From the NCBI GenBank assembly GCA_038231275.1, contig JBBRLQ010000028.1, forward strand, positions 44,155 to 108,154: 64,000 bases of DNA. The letters run 5' to 3'. Below are positions 1 through 9,988 of this stretch, piece by piece. Every line of letters begins with the position of its first letter. Position 1 is the first letter of the stretch. The notes below the pieces were generated by a model. It did not search any database and was not told where the DNA came from. It was given only the letters and a program-made list of their open reading frames with translations. Origin of the DNA: Polyangiales bacterium (lineage in GTDB: Bacteria; Myxococcota_A; Polyangia; Polyangiales; Polyangiaceae). The position numbers and the translations under genes were made by a program.

Positions 1-957
1 GACGCGCCGACCGATCCCTTCGGCCCTGCAGGCATTCCAGCGAGCTCCGACAAACCGTCGGCGTGGCTCTTTCGTGCGCGACTCGGCGTGTGGCGGCGCG
101 CAGAGGTGCTCGCCGCCGGCTTCGCCGCCACCGGCGTGAACGCGCTCGCCGTCACCGCGACGCGCGTGGTCGCGACGCGCGGCGGCGCGTGGGAGGAGTT
201 GCAGCTCGACGCGAAGATCGATCTCACGCGCGTGCGCGCCATCCGCGGCGTAGGGCACGACGCGTTCTTTCTCCTCGGCGCGGCGGGGCTCGTCTTGCGC
301 GTCACGCTCGAAGGGGCGTGCGAGTTCTGGGGCCTGGAGCTCGACCCGGCAGCGCCGATCGCCGCGGCGGAGATCACGTTCTACGACGCGCTCCCCGAGG
401 GCGACGGCGCGCTCTTCGTCGGCGAAAGGCCGGGCGCAGCGGGTCCCGTCGGCATCCTCGCGCGCGGGGCGCCTCGGTCGGTGCGCATCGTCGTCCCCGG
501 CACGCCTGCCGCGCGTCTTCGGAGCATGACGCGCATCGCCGGCGGCACAGTCGTCGCGTGCGGTGACGGCAAGCTCGTCGCCTTCGAGAAGGACGCGGTC
601 GCAGGCGTCGCCGAGATCGCTCCGGGCGAGCTCAATCACATCGCGTCGAACGAGAACGGCGCGCTCGTGGTCGGCGCCGGGGCCTACGCGTTCGCGGTCG
701 GGCAGAAGCTCCACGCGCAGCTCGAAGAGGTGCAGACGACGAGCGATCTCGTCTCCCTCACCGCGTACGAGGGCGTCGGGTGGGCCGGCTCGGCGCGCGG
801 CGCGCGTATCCTCCGGCGCACGTCGCAAGGCCTCTGGACGCGACTCACCGGCAACCTCGGAACCGACGCCGGCGTCATCGCGCTCGCCGCGACCGAGCGC
901 GAGGTCCGCGCCGTCCTCGACGACGGCACGCTGGTGACCGGCACGCTCGGAATCTAG
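1..957 (+). CDS. 5'-truncated hypothetical protein, C-terminal beta-propeller-like region
   Basis: Frame is open from base 1 to TAG at 955-957. Repeated short beta-strand/Gly motifs (LVVGAG, WAGSARG, VRAVLDDGTLV). N-terminus lies outside the window. Confidence 0.6.
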   Translation, partial: DAPTDPFGPAGIPASSDKPSAWLFRARLGVWRRAEVLAAGFAATGVNALAVTATRVVATRGGAWEELQLDAKIDLTRVRAIRGVGHDAFFLLGAAGLVLRVTLEGACEFWGLELDPAAPIAAAEITFYDALPEGDGALFVGERPGAAGPVGILARGAPRSVRIVVPGTPAARLRSMTRIAGGTVVACGDGKLVAFEKDAVAGVAEIAPGELNHIASNENGALVVGAGAYAFAVGQKLHAQLEEVQTTSDLVSLTAYEGVGWAGSARGARILRRTSQGLWTRLTGNLGTDAGVIALAATEREVRAVLDDGTLVTGTLGI

Positions 958-960
958 CGC

Positions 961-2325
<1,365 letters not shown>

Positions 2326-2336
2326 TGCGGACGAGA

Positions 2337-3704
2337 CTACTCCTGAATCGTCAGCGTGAAGCATGTTCGCGCGCCCTCGCGCGCATAGACGACCTCGCCG
2401 CGGTGCGACTCGGCGACCGAGCGCGACAGGGCGAGGCCGAGGCCGGTGCCGTCGGGCTTGGTCGTGAAGAACGGCTCGAAGAGCTCGGAACGACGCGATT
2501 CGGGGACGCCTGTCCCCTCGTCGATCACACGGATCGCGGCGAGATCGCCGGTCCGCGAGAGCTCCACGAGGACGGTGCCGTCCTTGGCCGAGGCCTCGAC
2601 CGCGTTACGAAGGAGATTGTCGATCGCGCGGCCCATCGCGTCGACGTCGACCGCCGCGCGCGCGTCGCCCGTGATCTCCAACGTGACGCCGCGCTCACGC
2701 GCCCACGGCGAGAGGAGGCCGACGCGCGACGTCGCCAGCGCCGCCAGATCCGTGTCCGCGCGCTCGGCGACGCGACGACCTGCGACGACGAGCAGATCCT
2801 GCACGAAGCGATTCAGGCGCCCGACTTCGCGCGAAATGTCGCCGAGATCGCGGGCAAGGACCGGGTCGAGGCTCGCGTTCTCGAGCGCCAGATCGGCGCG
2901 CAGCTTGATCGCGGCGAGCGGATTTCGAACCTCGTGCGCCACGCCCGCGGCGACGCGCCCGAGCGCTGCGAGCCGCTCGCGAGCCGCCAGCTCGCGCGTG
3001 AGCGCCTCCTTCTGGTCCTGCGCGGCCGAGAGATCGAAGGCGAGCTGCTCGATCCCGTCGGCGATGACCGCGAGCTCACGCAACTTCGGTTTTTCGACCG
3101 TCTCGTCGAGGTTCTTCGCGACGCCGCGGAGCGACGCGCCGAGCGAGCGCGCGCCGACCTGGAACGCGCGGAGCGTGTGGAGCGACGCCGCCACGAGCAG
3201 CACGCTCACGAGCGCCAAGGCGAGGATGAGCGCGCGAAGCGGCTGCTGCGCCAGCGGCGTGCCCGCGAACGTCGCTGCCCAGACGTAGCCGCCCGACGGA
3301 AGCGCGAGGGCGCCGATGACGAGCGGTGCGCCGTCCGCCGTCGCCGCGTCGCGCACCACGACGCCGCCGCCCACCTTCGCCGCACGCGCCACCTCGGAGC
3401 GCGAAGCGATCACGACCGGGCCGAACGGCGCCGGCCCGTTCTCGTCGCCGAGCGCGTCGGTCAAGAATCCGCTCCTCAGAGCGCCGAAATCGCGTCGTCC
3501 CCGCCGCCGCGTCTCCGGCGTCGGCGCGCGCTCGAAGAGTTGAGCGAGGCGGTCCACTTCCGCGGCGACCGTCTCGTGCCCGCGCGCGATGCGCTGCTGC
3601 GTCGTCGTGGTCGCGAGGTGCAGGAGGCCCAAGATCGCACCCACCATGCCGACCGCCGCGAGCAGCGTGACGACGAGCATTCGGGTGCGAAGGGACCAGA
3701 GCAT
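2337..3704 (-). CDS. Membrane sensor histidine kinase (2 TM, HAMP-like, HisKA, HATPase)
   Basis: AHEVRNPL H-box, NLLRNA N-box, DEGTG, FEPFFTTK, GTGLGL. GAGGAG RBS precedes ATG at 3704. Confidence 0.93.
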   Translation of the reverse strand: MLWSLRTRMLVVTLLAAVGMVGAILGLLHLATTTTQQRIARGHETVAAEVDRLAQLFERAPTPETRRRGRRDFGALRSGFLTDALGDENGPAPFGPVVIASRSEVARAAKVGGGVVVRDAATADGAPLVIGALALPSGGYVWAATFAGTPLAQQPLRALILALALVSVLLVAASLHTLRAFQVGARSLGASLRGVAKNLDETVEKPKLRELAVIADGIEQLAFDLSAAQDQKEALTRELAARERLAALGRVAAGVAHEVRNPLAAIKLRADLALENASLDPVLARDLGDISREVGRLNRFVQDLLVVAGRRVAERADTDLAALATSRVGLLSPWARERGVTLEITGDARAAVDVDAMGRAIDNLLRNAVEASAKDGTVLVELSRTGDLAAIRVIDEGTGVPESRRSELFEPFFTTKPDGTGLGLALSRSVAESHRGEVVYAREGARTCFTLTIQE

Positions 3705-3778
3705 CGACTCCTCGTGCCACGAAGCAAGCCCCGTGCGCGCGAAGAGTGCGAAAAGTACCGGGCGTTTTCGCCCCGGCG

Positions 3779-3814
3779 CGTCGCGATTCCAGACGGACGT
3801 CGCGATTCGCGACG
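3779..3814. promoter_or_regulatory. Tandem palindromic upstream activator sites (candidate bEBP UAS)
   Basis: CGTCGCGATTCCAGACG (3779-3795) and the palindrome CGTCGCGA-T-TCGCGACG (3798-3814), about 80-115 bp upstream of the predicted sigma54 start site. Confidence 0.65.
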
Positions 3815-3868
3815 CGCGACGCTTCGCGTGACGTCGGACCTTGGCCCAAGTTTGGGGGTGAAACGCGG

Positions 3869-3884
3869 TGGCGCGCGACTTGCT
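3869..3884 (+). promoter_or_regulatory. Sigma54 -24/-12 promoter
   Basis: TGGCGC-GCGAC-TTGCT matches TGGCAC-N5-TTGCW with exact spacing; lies divergent from a sigma54 activator gene. Confidence 0.8.
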
Positions 3885-3896
3885 GAGGCGCGGGGA

Positions 3897-4760
3897 ATGC
3901 GTATTCCGTCGAAGCTCCGCGCGCTCGCCCAGAGCCGCCTCGCGCAGTTCTGCGTGATCGGTGCGGCCATCTTCGCGCTCGCGCCGCACGATCGCGGCCG
4001 CCGCGTCGACGTCCCGGGGGCGACCCTGGCCGCGCTCCGCTCCGCCGAGGCCCGCCGCGTCGAAGCGCCGCTCGACGATCCCAAAGCGCACGAGGTCGAG
4101 GCGCGCGCCATCGAGGACGAGATCCTCTACCGCGAGGCGCTCCGCATGTCGCTCGACAAGGGAGATCCGCTGGTCCGGCAACGCCTCATCGAGAAGCTGC
4201 TGCTCCTCGTCGAGGACATGGGCGGGGCGTCGCGCGCGCCGACCGACGCCGAGCTGCGGGCGTACTTCGAGGAGACGCGCGCCCAGTGGCGTCGCGCGTC
4301 GCGCGTGCATTTCGTCCACGTGTTCGCGGCACGAAAGGACGCGCTGCCACCGGAAGGCGTGCTCGACCCTGACGCGCGCGAGGCCCCGGCCGTCGGTGAC
4401 GCGTTCCCCTACGCGCGCGACGTGACGGCGACGCGTGACGAGATCGGCCGCCTCTACGGGGCGGACGTGGCCGATCAGCTTGAGCGGCAAGACGGCGGGT
4501 GGAGCGCACCCGTGGCGTCATCCTTCGGGTGGCATCGCGTGCGCGTCGTCGAGAGGCTCCCCGGCGCGCCGGCGCGCTTCGAAGAGGTGAAGAAGGAGAT
4601 GGAGCTCGACTTCATGCTCGCGCGTCGCGAGAAGGTGGTCGGTTCGTACCTTCGCCGCCTCGCCTCCGAGTACGACATCCGCATCGACGGCCACAAGCTC
4701 ACGGGCTTCGTCCCTACGCGTCGCGTCGCGATGCGGGTCGACCCCTCGGCGGAGGACTGA
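3897..4760 (+). CDS. PpiC/parvulin-type peptidyl-prolyl isomerase-like protein (rotamase_2 type)
   Basis: N-terminal hydrophobic anchor; EDEILYREALRMSLDKGDPLVRQRL; WSAPVASSFGWHRVRV. Confidence 0.8.
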   Translation: MRIPSKLRALAQSRLAQFCVIGAAIFALAPHDRGRRVDVPGATLAALRSAEARRVEAPLDDPKAHEVEARAIEDEILYREALRMSLDKGDPLVRQRLIEKLLLLVEDMGGASRAPTDAELRAYFEETRAQWRRASRVHFVHVFAARKDALPPEGVLDPDAREAPAVGDAFPYARDVTATRDEIGRLYGADVADQLERQDGGWSAPVASSFGWHRVRVVERLPGAPARFEEVKKEMELDFMLARREKVVGSYLRRLASEYDIRIDGHKLTGFVPTRRVAMRVDPSAED

Positions 4761-4762
4761 CC

Positions 4763-5740
4763 GTGCGTGCCTACGTTCTGAACGCGCTCTTTTTCGTGAT
4801 TGTCGTCTTCGTCGTGGCGCTGCCGCGTGCGGCGCACGCGCACGGGATGAGCACTGCGTTCCTCGAGGTGACCGAGCTGGGGCAGGGTCGAGCGCTCCTT
4901 CGGCTCACGGCGTCGACGTCGACCTCGAGCCTGGCGATCGCGCCGCCGACCGGCTGCCGCGACGAGGAGCCCGACGGCGCCGGCGTCCGTTTCGTCGCGT
5001 GCGACGGCGACCTCGAAGGACGGAGCCTCGAAGTGAAGGGCATCGGCCCGCTCGTCAGCGAAGTGGTCCTGCAAGTGACGTTCGAAGGCGGCGCCGTCGT
5101 CACGCGCGTCCTGACCGCCGACGCGCCGTCGTGGACGATCCCGCGCGCGTCTCACCGGGGCGCGCTGCTCGCCGACTACGCGCGCCTCGGCGCGGTCCAC
5201 ATCTTCGGCGGCGTCGACCACCTCTTGTTCCTCGCCGCACTCGCGCTCTCCGTGCGAAAGGTCCGCGCCGTCCTCCTCGCCGAGACCGCCTTCACCGCGT
5301 CGCACTCGCTCACGTTCACGGCGAGCGCGCTCGGGTGGGTGCACGTCTCGTCCGTGGCGGCGGAGGCGTGCATCGCACTGTCGCTCGTCCTCGTGGCGCT
5401 CGACGCGGCGAAGGCGGCGGCCGACGGGGTGCTCGTCCCGGCGCGCCGCGCCGCCGGGCTCGCGTTCGCGTTCGGGCTCGTGCACGGGCTCGGCTTCGCG
5501 GGGGGCCTCGCCGAGATCGGCCTGCCCGATCGCGCGGTGGGCTGGGCGCTCCTGGGCTTCGCGGGCGGCGTCGAGGTCGGCCAGGTGATCTTCCTCGTCG
5601 TCTTCGTCGCCGCCCTCGCCGCCGTGACGCGCGTTCGCGCGCTCTCACGTGCTCCGCTCGCCGTCGCCTACGCGGTCGGCGGCGCGGGGGCGTTCCTGGT
5701 GCTCGAGAGACTGTCGGTGTTCGTCGCTCTCTTTTCGTGA
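4763..5740 (+). CDS. HupE/UreJ family membrane protein
   Basis: Signal peptide ending AHAH; LGAVHIFGGVDHLLFL, TAFTASHSLT, FGLVHGLGFA, GVEVGQ motifs. GTG start 2 nt after the upstream stop. Confidence 0.85.
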   Translation: MRAYVLNALFFVIVVFVVALPRAAHAHGMSTAFLEVTELGQGRALLRLTASTSTSSLAIAPPTGCRDEEPDGAGVRFVACDGDLEGRSLEVKGIGPLVSEVVLQVTFEGGAVVTRVLTADAPSWTIPRASHRGALLADYARLGAVHIFGGVDHLLFLAALALSVRKVRAVLLAETAFTASHSLTFTASALGWVHVSSVAAEACIALSLVLVALDAAKAAADGVLVPARRAAGLAFAFGLVHGLGFAGGLAEIGLPDRAVGWALLGFAGGVEVGQVIFLVVFVAALAAVTRVRALSRAPLAVAYAVGGAGAFLVLERLSVFVALFS

Positions 5741-5749
5741 GGTGATTCG

Positions 5750-7618
5750 ATGAAGCGCGTCCTTTTTTTCTTGCCCGTTCCCATGATGCTCGTCCACGCC
5801 GTCGCGTGCGGCAGCTCGAACGACACGTCCTCGCCGCCGGCCGATGGAGGGCCCGACGCGACGACCGACACCGCGCCGCCGCCGCCGCCGGACGACTCCG
5901 GACCGCCCCAGGACGCCGGGGCCGACGTCGCGCCCGTCGCGTGCCCCGATCGAAATCCCCTCAAAAATGCCTACTTCGGCGACCTCCACGCGCACACCGC
6001 GTACTCGCTCGACGCGTACAGCTTCGCGACGCGCAACACGCCGTTCGACGCGTACGCGTTCGCTCGCGGCAAGACGCTTCAAGTCGCCGGCGCCTCACCG
6101 GACGGCGGCGGCCCGACGACGACGATCGAGCGCCCCCTCGATTTTCTCGCCATCACCGATCACAGCGAGTGGCTCGCCGCCGCGTATGGCTGCGGCACCG
6201 ATCTCGCCGGCACGCCGTTCGATCCGGCGAGCCCGTACGGCGCGAGCGCGACGTGCGACGAGGTCCGAGCCACCGACACGGCCACGCAAGCCAAGGTCTT
6301 CGCGACGATGGGCGTCATCACGCGCGATCTGTGCGACGGGGGCGCGTGCATCCCGGTCGTGCAATCGGCGTGGCAGAGCGAGCAGCAGGCGGCGGCGTCG
6401 GCGTACGTCCCGTGCAAGTTCACGAGCTTCGTCGCGCAGGAATGGACGCGCGGCCTCGCCGGCGCCACGCTCCACAAGAACGTCATTTTCGGCACCGACA
6501 AGGTCCCGCCGCAGCCGCTCGACTCCGTCGCGTACCCTTCGCAGGCCGATCTCTGGAATGGCCTCGAGTCGCAGTGCCAAGAGGACGCGGGCTGCGCGGT
6601 GATCACGGTGCCGCACAACTCGAACTTGAGCCGCGGCAGCGCGTTCCTCATGGCGCCCGGCCTCGAAGCGCTCTCCGCGAAGTACCAGCGCCTCGTCGAG
6701 GTCTTCCAGCACAAGGGAGGCAGCGAGTGCTTCTGGGACCCGACGACCGACGCGGGATCGCGCGAGCCGGAATGCAACTTCGAGTACCTCGGCGGCGTGA
6801 CCGAGCCGAACAATCCGGCGAGCTACGTGCGGAGCGCCCTCTACCGCGGCATCCAGGACGGCGGCGTGAACCCGTTCATGTTCGGCTTCATCGGCTCGAG
6901 CGACGATCACAACGGCACGCCCGGCAACACGCGTGAGGACACCTGGCCCGGCCACGCGGGGCGCCTCGACGACGCGCCCGAGAAGCGCCTCAACCCGCCG
7001 GCTGCCGGCGGCCTCGGAGTACGCGCCGGCCACAACCCCGGGGGCCTCGCGGTCGCGTGGGCCGAGCAGAACACGCGCGAGAGCATCTTCGCCGCGCTTC
7101 GCCGGCGCGAGACGTACGCCACGAGCGGCACTCGCATCCTCGTCCGCTTCTTCCAGACGTGGAGCGCCGCCGACCCGTGCGCCGATCCGAGCTTCCCTGC
7201 GCAGCTCGTCGCCGCCGGCGCGTCGTCGATGGGCGGTACGTTCGGCCCGGCGCCCGCCGGCGCGAGCGGCGGCCCGCGCTTCGTCACGTACGCGTGGAAG
7301 GACAAGACCGATCTGGCGCGCATCGACGTCGTGAAGCTCTCCTACGACGCCGCCGGCACGCCGCACGAGACCGTGGTGCACGACGTGATCCCCGCAGGCA
7401 TGGGCGGCGCGCGCTGCTTCGTCTGGCAGGACCCTGCGTTTTCTCCGGGACCAACCGTGTACTATGCACGCGTCCTCGAAGACCCGACGCCGCGCTGGTC
7501 GATGGGCGATTGCGCCAAAGCGCCGGGCGTCGATCCGGTCGCCTGCGCCGATGGCGGTGCCCTGAACATCACGATTCAGGAGCGCGCCTGGACCTCGCCG
7601 ATTTGGTTCGCCCCGTGA
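5750..7618 (+). CDS. DUF3604-family lipoprotein (PHP-like metallo-hydrolase fold)
   Basis: Lipobox AVAC; YFGDLHAHTAYSLDA, PLDFLAITDHSEW, VPHNSNLS, GSSDDHNGTPG, RRRETYATSGTRI, IQERAWTSPIW. Confidence 0.85.
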   Translation: MKRVLFFLPVPMMLVHAVACGSSNDTSSPPADGGPDATTDTAPPPPPDDSGPPQDAGADVAPVACPDRNPLKNAYFGDLHAHTAYSLDAYSFATRNTPFDAYAFARGKTLQVAGASPDGGGPTTTIERPLDFLAITDHSEWLAAAYGCGTDLAGTPFDPASPYGASATCDEVRATDTATQAKVFATMGVITRDLCDGGACIPVVQSAWQSEQQAAASAYVPCKFTSFVAQEWTRGLAGATLHKNVIFGTDKVPPQPLDSVAYPSQADLWNGLESQCQEDAGCAVITVPHNSNLSRGSAFLMAPGLEALSAKYQRLVEVFQHKGGSECFWDPTTDAGSREPECNFEYLGGVTEPNNPASYVRSALYRGIQDGGVNPFMFGFIGSSDDHNGTPGNTREDTWPGHAGRLDDAPEKRLNPPAAGGLGVRAGHNPGGLAVAWAEQNTRESIFAALRRRETYATSGTRILVRFFQTWSAADPCADPSFPAQLVAAGASSMGGTFGPAPAGASGGPRFVTYAWKDKTDLARIDVVKLSYDAAGTPHETVVHDVIPAGMGGARCFVWQDPAFSPGPTVYYARVLEDPTPRWSMGDCAKAPGVDPVACADGGALNITIQERAWTSPIWFAP

Positions 7619-7625
7619 TCCTGGA

Positions 7626-8834
7626 TCACGCCGCCGCGTTTGCCGCGCGCGGGACGGCGAAGCGCCGGTAGACGACCATCGCCAGCGCGAAGGCCAGACC
7701 CAGCGCCGCGTAGATCGACCACACGAGCGTCGGCTGGCGCTCGCCGACCTCCGGCAGGTACGCCGCGATGAGCCGCCCCGACGCCTGCCCGCCCACCCAC
7801 GCGCCGATCGCGAACGGCACGAAGGCCAGCCCCATGTACATCCCCGCCTTGCCGCTCGGCGCGAAGCTCGCGAGGTAGTCGTAGAACCGCGGCGAGAAGC
7901 ACATCTCCGAGAACGCGAAGATCGCCCCGCTCATGCAGGCGCCGAGCATCCCGGGCACGACGCCCATCACGAGCATCGACGCGCTTCCGAGCAGCATGCC
8001 GAGGATCATGCCGGTCACCGGGTGCAGCCCCCGCGTCGCGCGCAGCACCACGCCCTGGAAGAGCGCGATCAGCGCAGGGTTGATGAGCGTGATGAGCTCC
8101 AGGGGCGCGCTCTTGTCGATGTGGCGCGTCACGTACTTCGGGAACGTCATGTAGAACTGCTCGGCCATGAAGTAGAAGCCCGCGAAGACGACGAGCGCCA
8201 CCGCGAAGCGCGCGTTCTTGAGCGCCGTGCCATACCCCGCGAGCAGCTTCCCCATCGGCTCCGGCGTACTCTTCCCGCGCGTCGGCTCCTCGTACGCCGC
8301 CGCCGCGAGCCCGAGCGCGATCAAGCTGCCGACGACCGACGTGATGAGCACGTGCCGGATGGACACGATCACGCGCACGCCGTACGCGAGCGTCTTGCCG
8401 GTGACGCTGCCGGCGTTGATCATCCGGTAGAAGATCGCGAAGCCCTCGTCCTGCCGTCCCTCCGGCGACGTGCGCACGACGGTGCCCGTGATGACGGGCT
8501 TCATGAACCCGCCGGCGACGCCGATGCACATGAGCGCGATCGCCGCCGTCGCCGGGGCGGGGTAGAGGTAGAGCCCGCCGTACCCGATCGCGAAGAGCGA
8601 GAAGGCGATGAGCAGGCTCTTCTTGAAGTTGATGCGATCGGCGATCGCCCCGCACGGGATCGGCGCAAGCGCGCTGACGAGGCGAAAATTCCCGAGCAGC
8701 GAGCCGGTGTCCTTGTCGCCAAGGCCGACCACCTTCGACAGGTACAGGCTGAGGCCCACGTACATGCCGTAGAAGGCCAGGCGCTCGAAGAGCTCGATCG
8801 CGTTGGCGACGTAGAACGTTCGCGGGAACTTCAC
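7626..8834 (-). CDS. MFS transporter, POT/PTR-like
   Basis: ELFERLAFYG (ExxER motif), about 12 hydrophobic segments, FYxMINAGS. Confidence 0.85.
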   Translation of the reverse strand: MKFPRTFYVANAIELFERLAFYGMYVGLSLYLSKVVGLGDKDTGSLLGNFRLVSALAPIPCGAIADRINFKKSLLIAFSLFAIGYGGLYLYPAPATAAIALMCIGVAGGFMKPVITGTVVRTSPEGRQDEGFAIFYRMINAGSVTGKTLAYGVRVIVSIRHVLITSVVGSLIALGLAAAAYEEPTRGKSTPEPMGKLLAGYGTALKNARFAVALVVFAGFYFMAEQFYMTFPKYVTRHIDKSAPLELITLINPALIALFQGVVLRATRGLHPVTGMILGMLLGSASMLVMGVVPGMLGACMSGAIFAFSEMCFSPRFYDYLASFAPSGKAGMYMGLAFVPFAIGAWVGGQASGRLIAAYLPEVGERQPTLVWSIYAALGLAFALAMVVYRRFAVPRAANAAA

Positions 8835-8901
8835 GGGCGACCGAGTCTAGATCATCCCGCGGCACGATCGATTCGATCGCGCCCGCGCGTTCGGCGTTCG
8901 A

Positions 8902-9324
8902 CTACGCCGCGCGCCAGAAGACGCGATCGACGATCGCGTAGGAGATCCCTCCGGCGCCGCGCGCGACGACGTGGACGACGTAGTCGCCGACCTTTGCGTG
9001 CTGCCCGACGTCGAGCAGCCACTGCGCCGCGCGCGTCCCGATCGCGAGGAGCCCCGCGCCGAACGGTTGCCGTTGCGAGACCGCCGCCCGCACTTCGAGG
9101 CCTCCGAGCTGGTGCACCGCCGCCTGCCGCAGCTCGATGCCTACAATTACCCACACGTGCCCGCCCTCCGAGACGGTCACGGCGTCGCCGTTGCGCGTGA
9201 CCCGAACGCGGCGATCCAGGAGGTTGCCGAGCGTCACCGCGGTGGGAAGCGCGTCCCGAAGCACGCGAAGATCGGAGATCTCGTCGCTCGAGGCGCCTTC
9301 GGCACGGGGCGGGGTCAATAGCAT
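8902..9324 (-). CDS. Hypothetical protein
   Basis: 140-aa ORF with ordinary globular composition that fills the gap upstream of the MFS gene; no motif recognised. Confidence 0.45.
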   Translation of the reverse strand: MLLTPPRAEGASSDEISDLRVLRDALPTAVTLGNLLDRRVRVTRNGDAVTVSEGGHVWVIVGIELRQAAVHQLGGLEVRAAVSQRQPFGAGLLAIGTRAAQWLLDVGQHAKVGDYVVHVVARGAGGISYAIVDRVFWRAA

Positions 9325-9571
9325 TTGCTTCTCTCGGCTCGTCCTTGGAACACGCGATCGCGTCGCGTACTTCCCTGGAACACGCCAGCTGCCCCCCGGG
9401 TTGGTTGACGAAAATCCGGCGCTCGACTATCCCGAGCGGCCCCAGCGGCCATCCGTTCTGCGGCCGACGGCCTCGACCTGGACGCTTTCCCAAAAAGCGC
9501 CTCAAAGAGCGCGGATTCCCCCAATAAATTCAAAACGTAAGCGTCGCGGGCCGTGACGCACGAGGTACGAC

Positions 9572-9988
9572 GTGTCCTTTGCCTTCCAAAAAGTAGAACC
9601 GAAGGGATCTCCGGGAGTCGCGCAGCCCGACGGCGCCAGCCCGCCGAGCGGAGGCAGCTCGGCCGGCGGCGGCCTGAGCATGCTCTTCCCGCTGCTCATC
9701 ATGGTGCCCTTCCTCTTCTTGATGTTCCGGCGTCAGAAGAAGGAGCAAGCGGCGCGCTCCAGCTTGAAGAAGGGAGACACCGTCGTCTCGCAGAGCGGCC
9801 TCGTCGGCGAGCTCATGGAGATGGACGAGAAGCTCGCGAAGGTGAAGATCGCCCCCGGCACCACCGTCCGCATGCTCGTCACCTCGATCTCGCCCATGGT
9901 CACCGAGGCCGACAAGAAGGCCGCCGACGCCGCCAACAAAGACCTGAAAGACCTGAAGGACGCGAAGGTCGCTGCGGAGAAGAAATAG
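9572..9988 (+). CDS. yajC: Preprotein translocase subunit YajC
   Basis: One TM followed by RRQKKEQ..SSLKKGDTVVSQSGLVG; immediately upstream of secD. Confidence 0.92.
   Translation: MSFAFQKVEPKGSPGVAQPDGASPPSGGSSAGGGLSMLFPLLIMVPFLFLMFRRQKKEQAARSSLKKGDTVVSQSGLVGELMEMDEKLAKVKIAPGTTVRMLVTSISPMVTEADKKAADAANKDLKDLKDAKVAAEKK

Noticed and set aside
3723..3738. Minus-strand sigma54-like box GCGCAC-GGGGC-TTGCT before the histidine kinase
   Set aside because: It lacks the invariant -24 GG dinucleotide.
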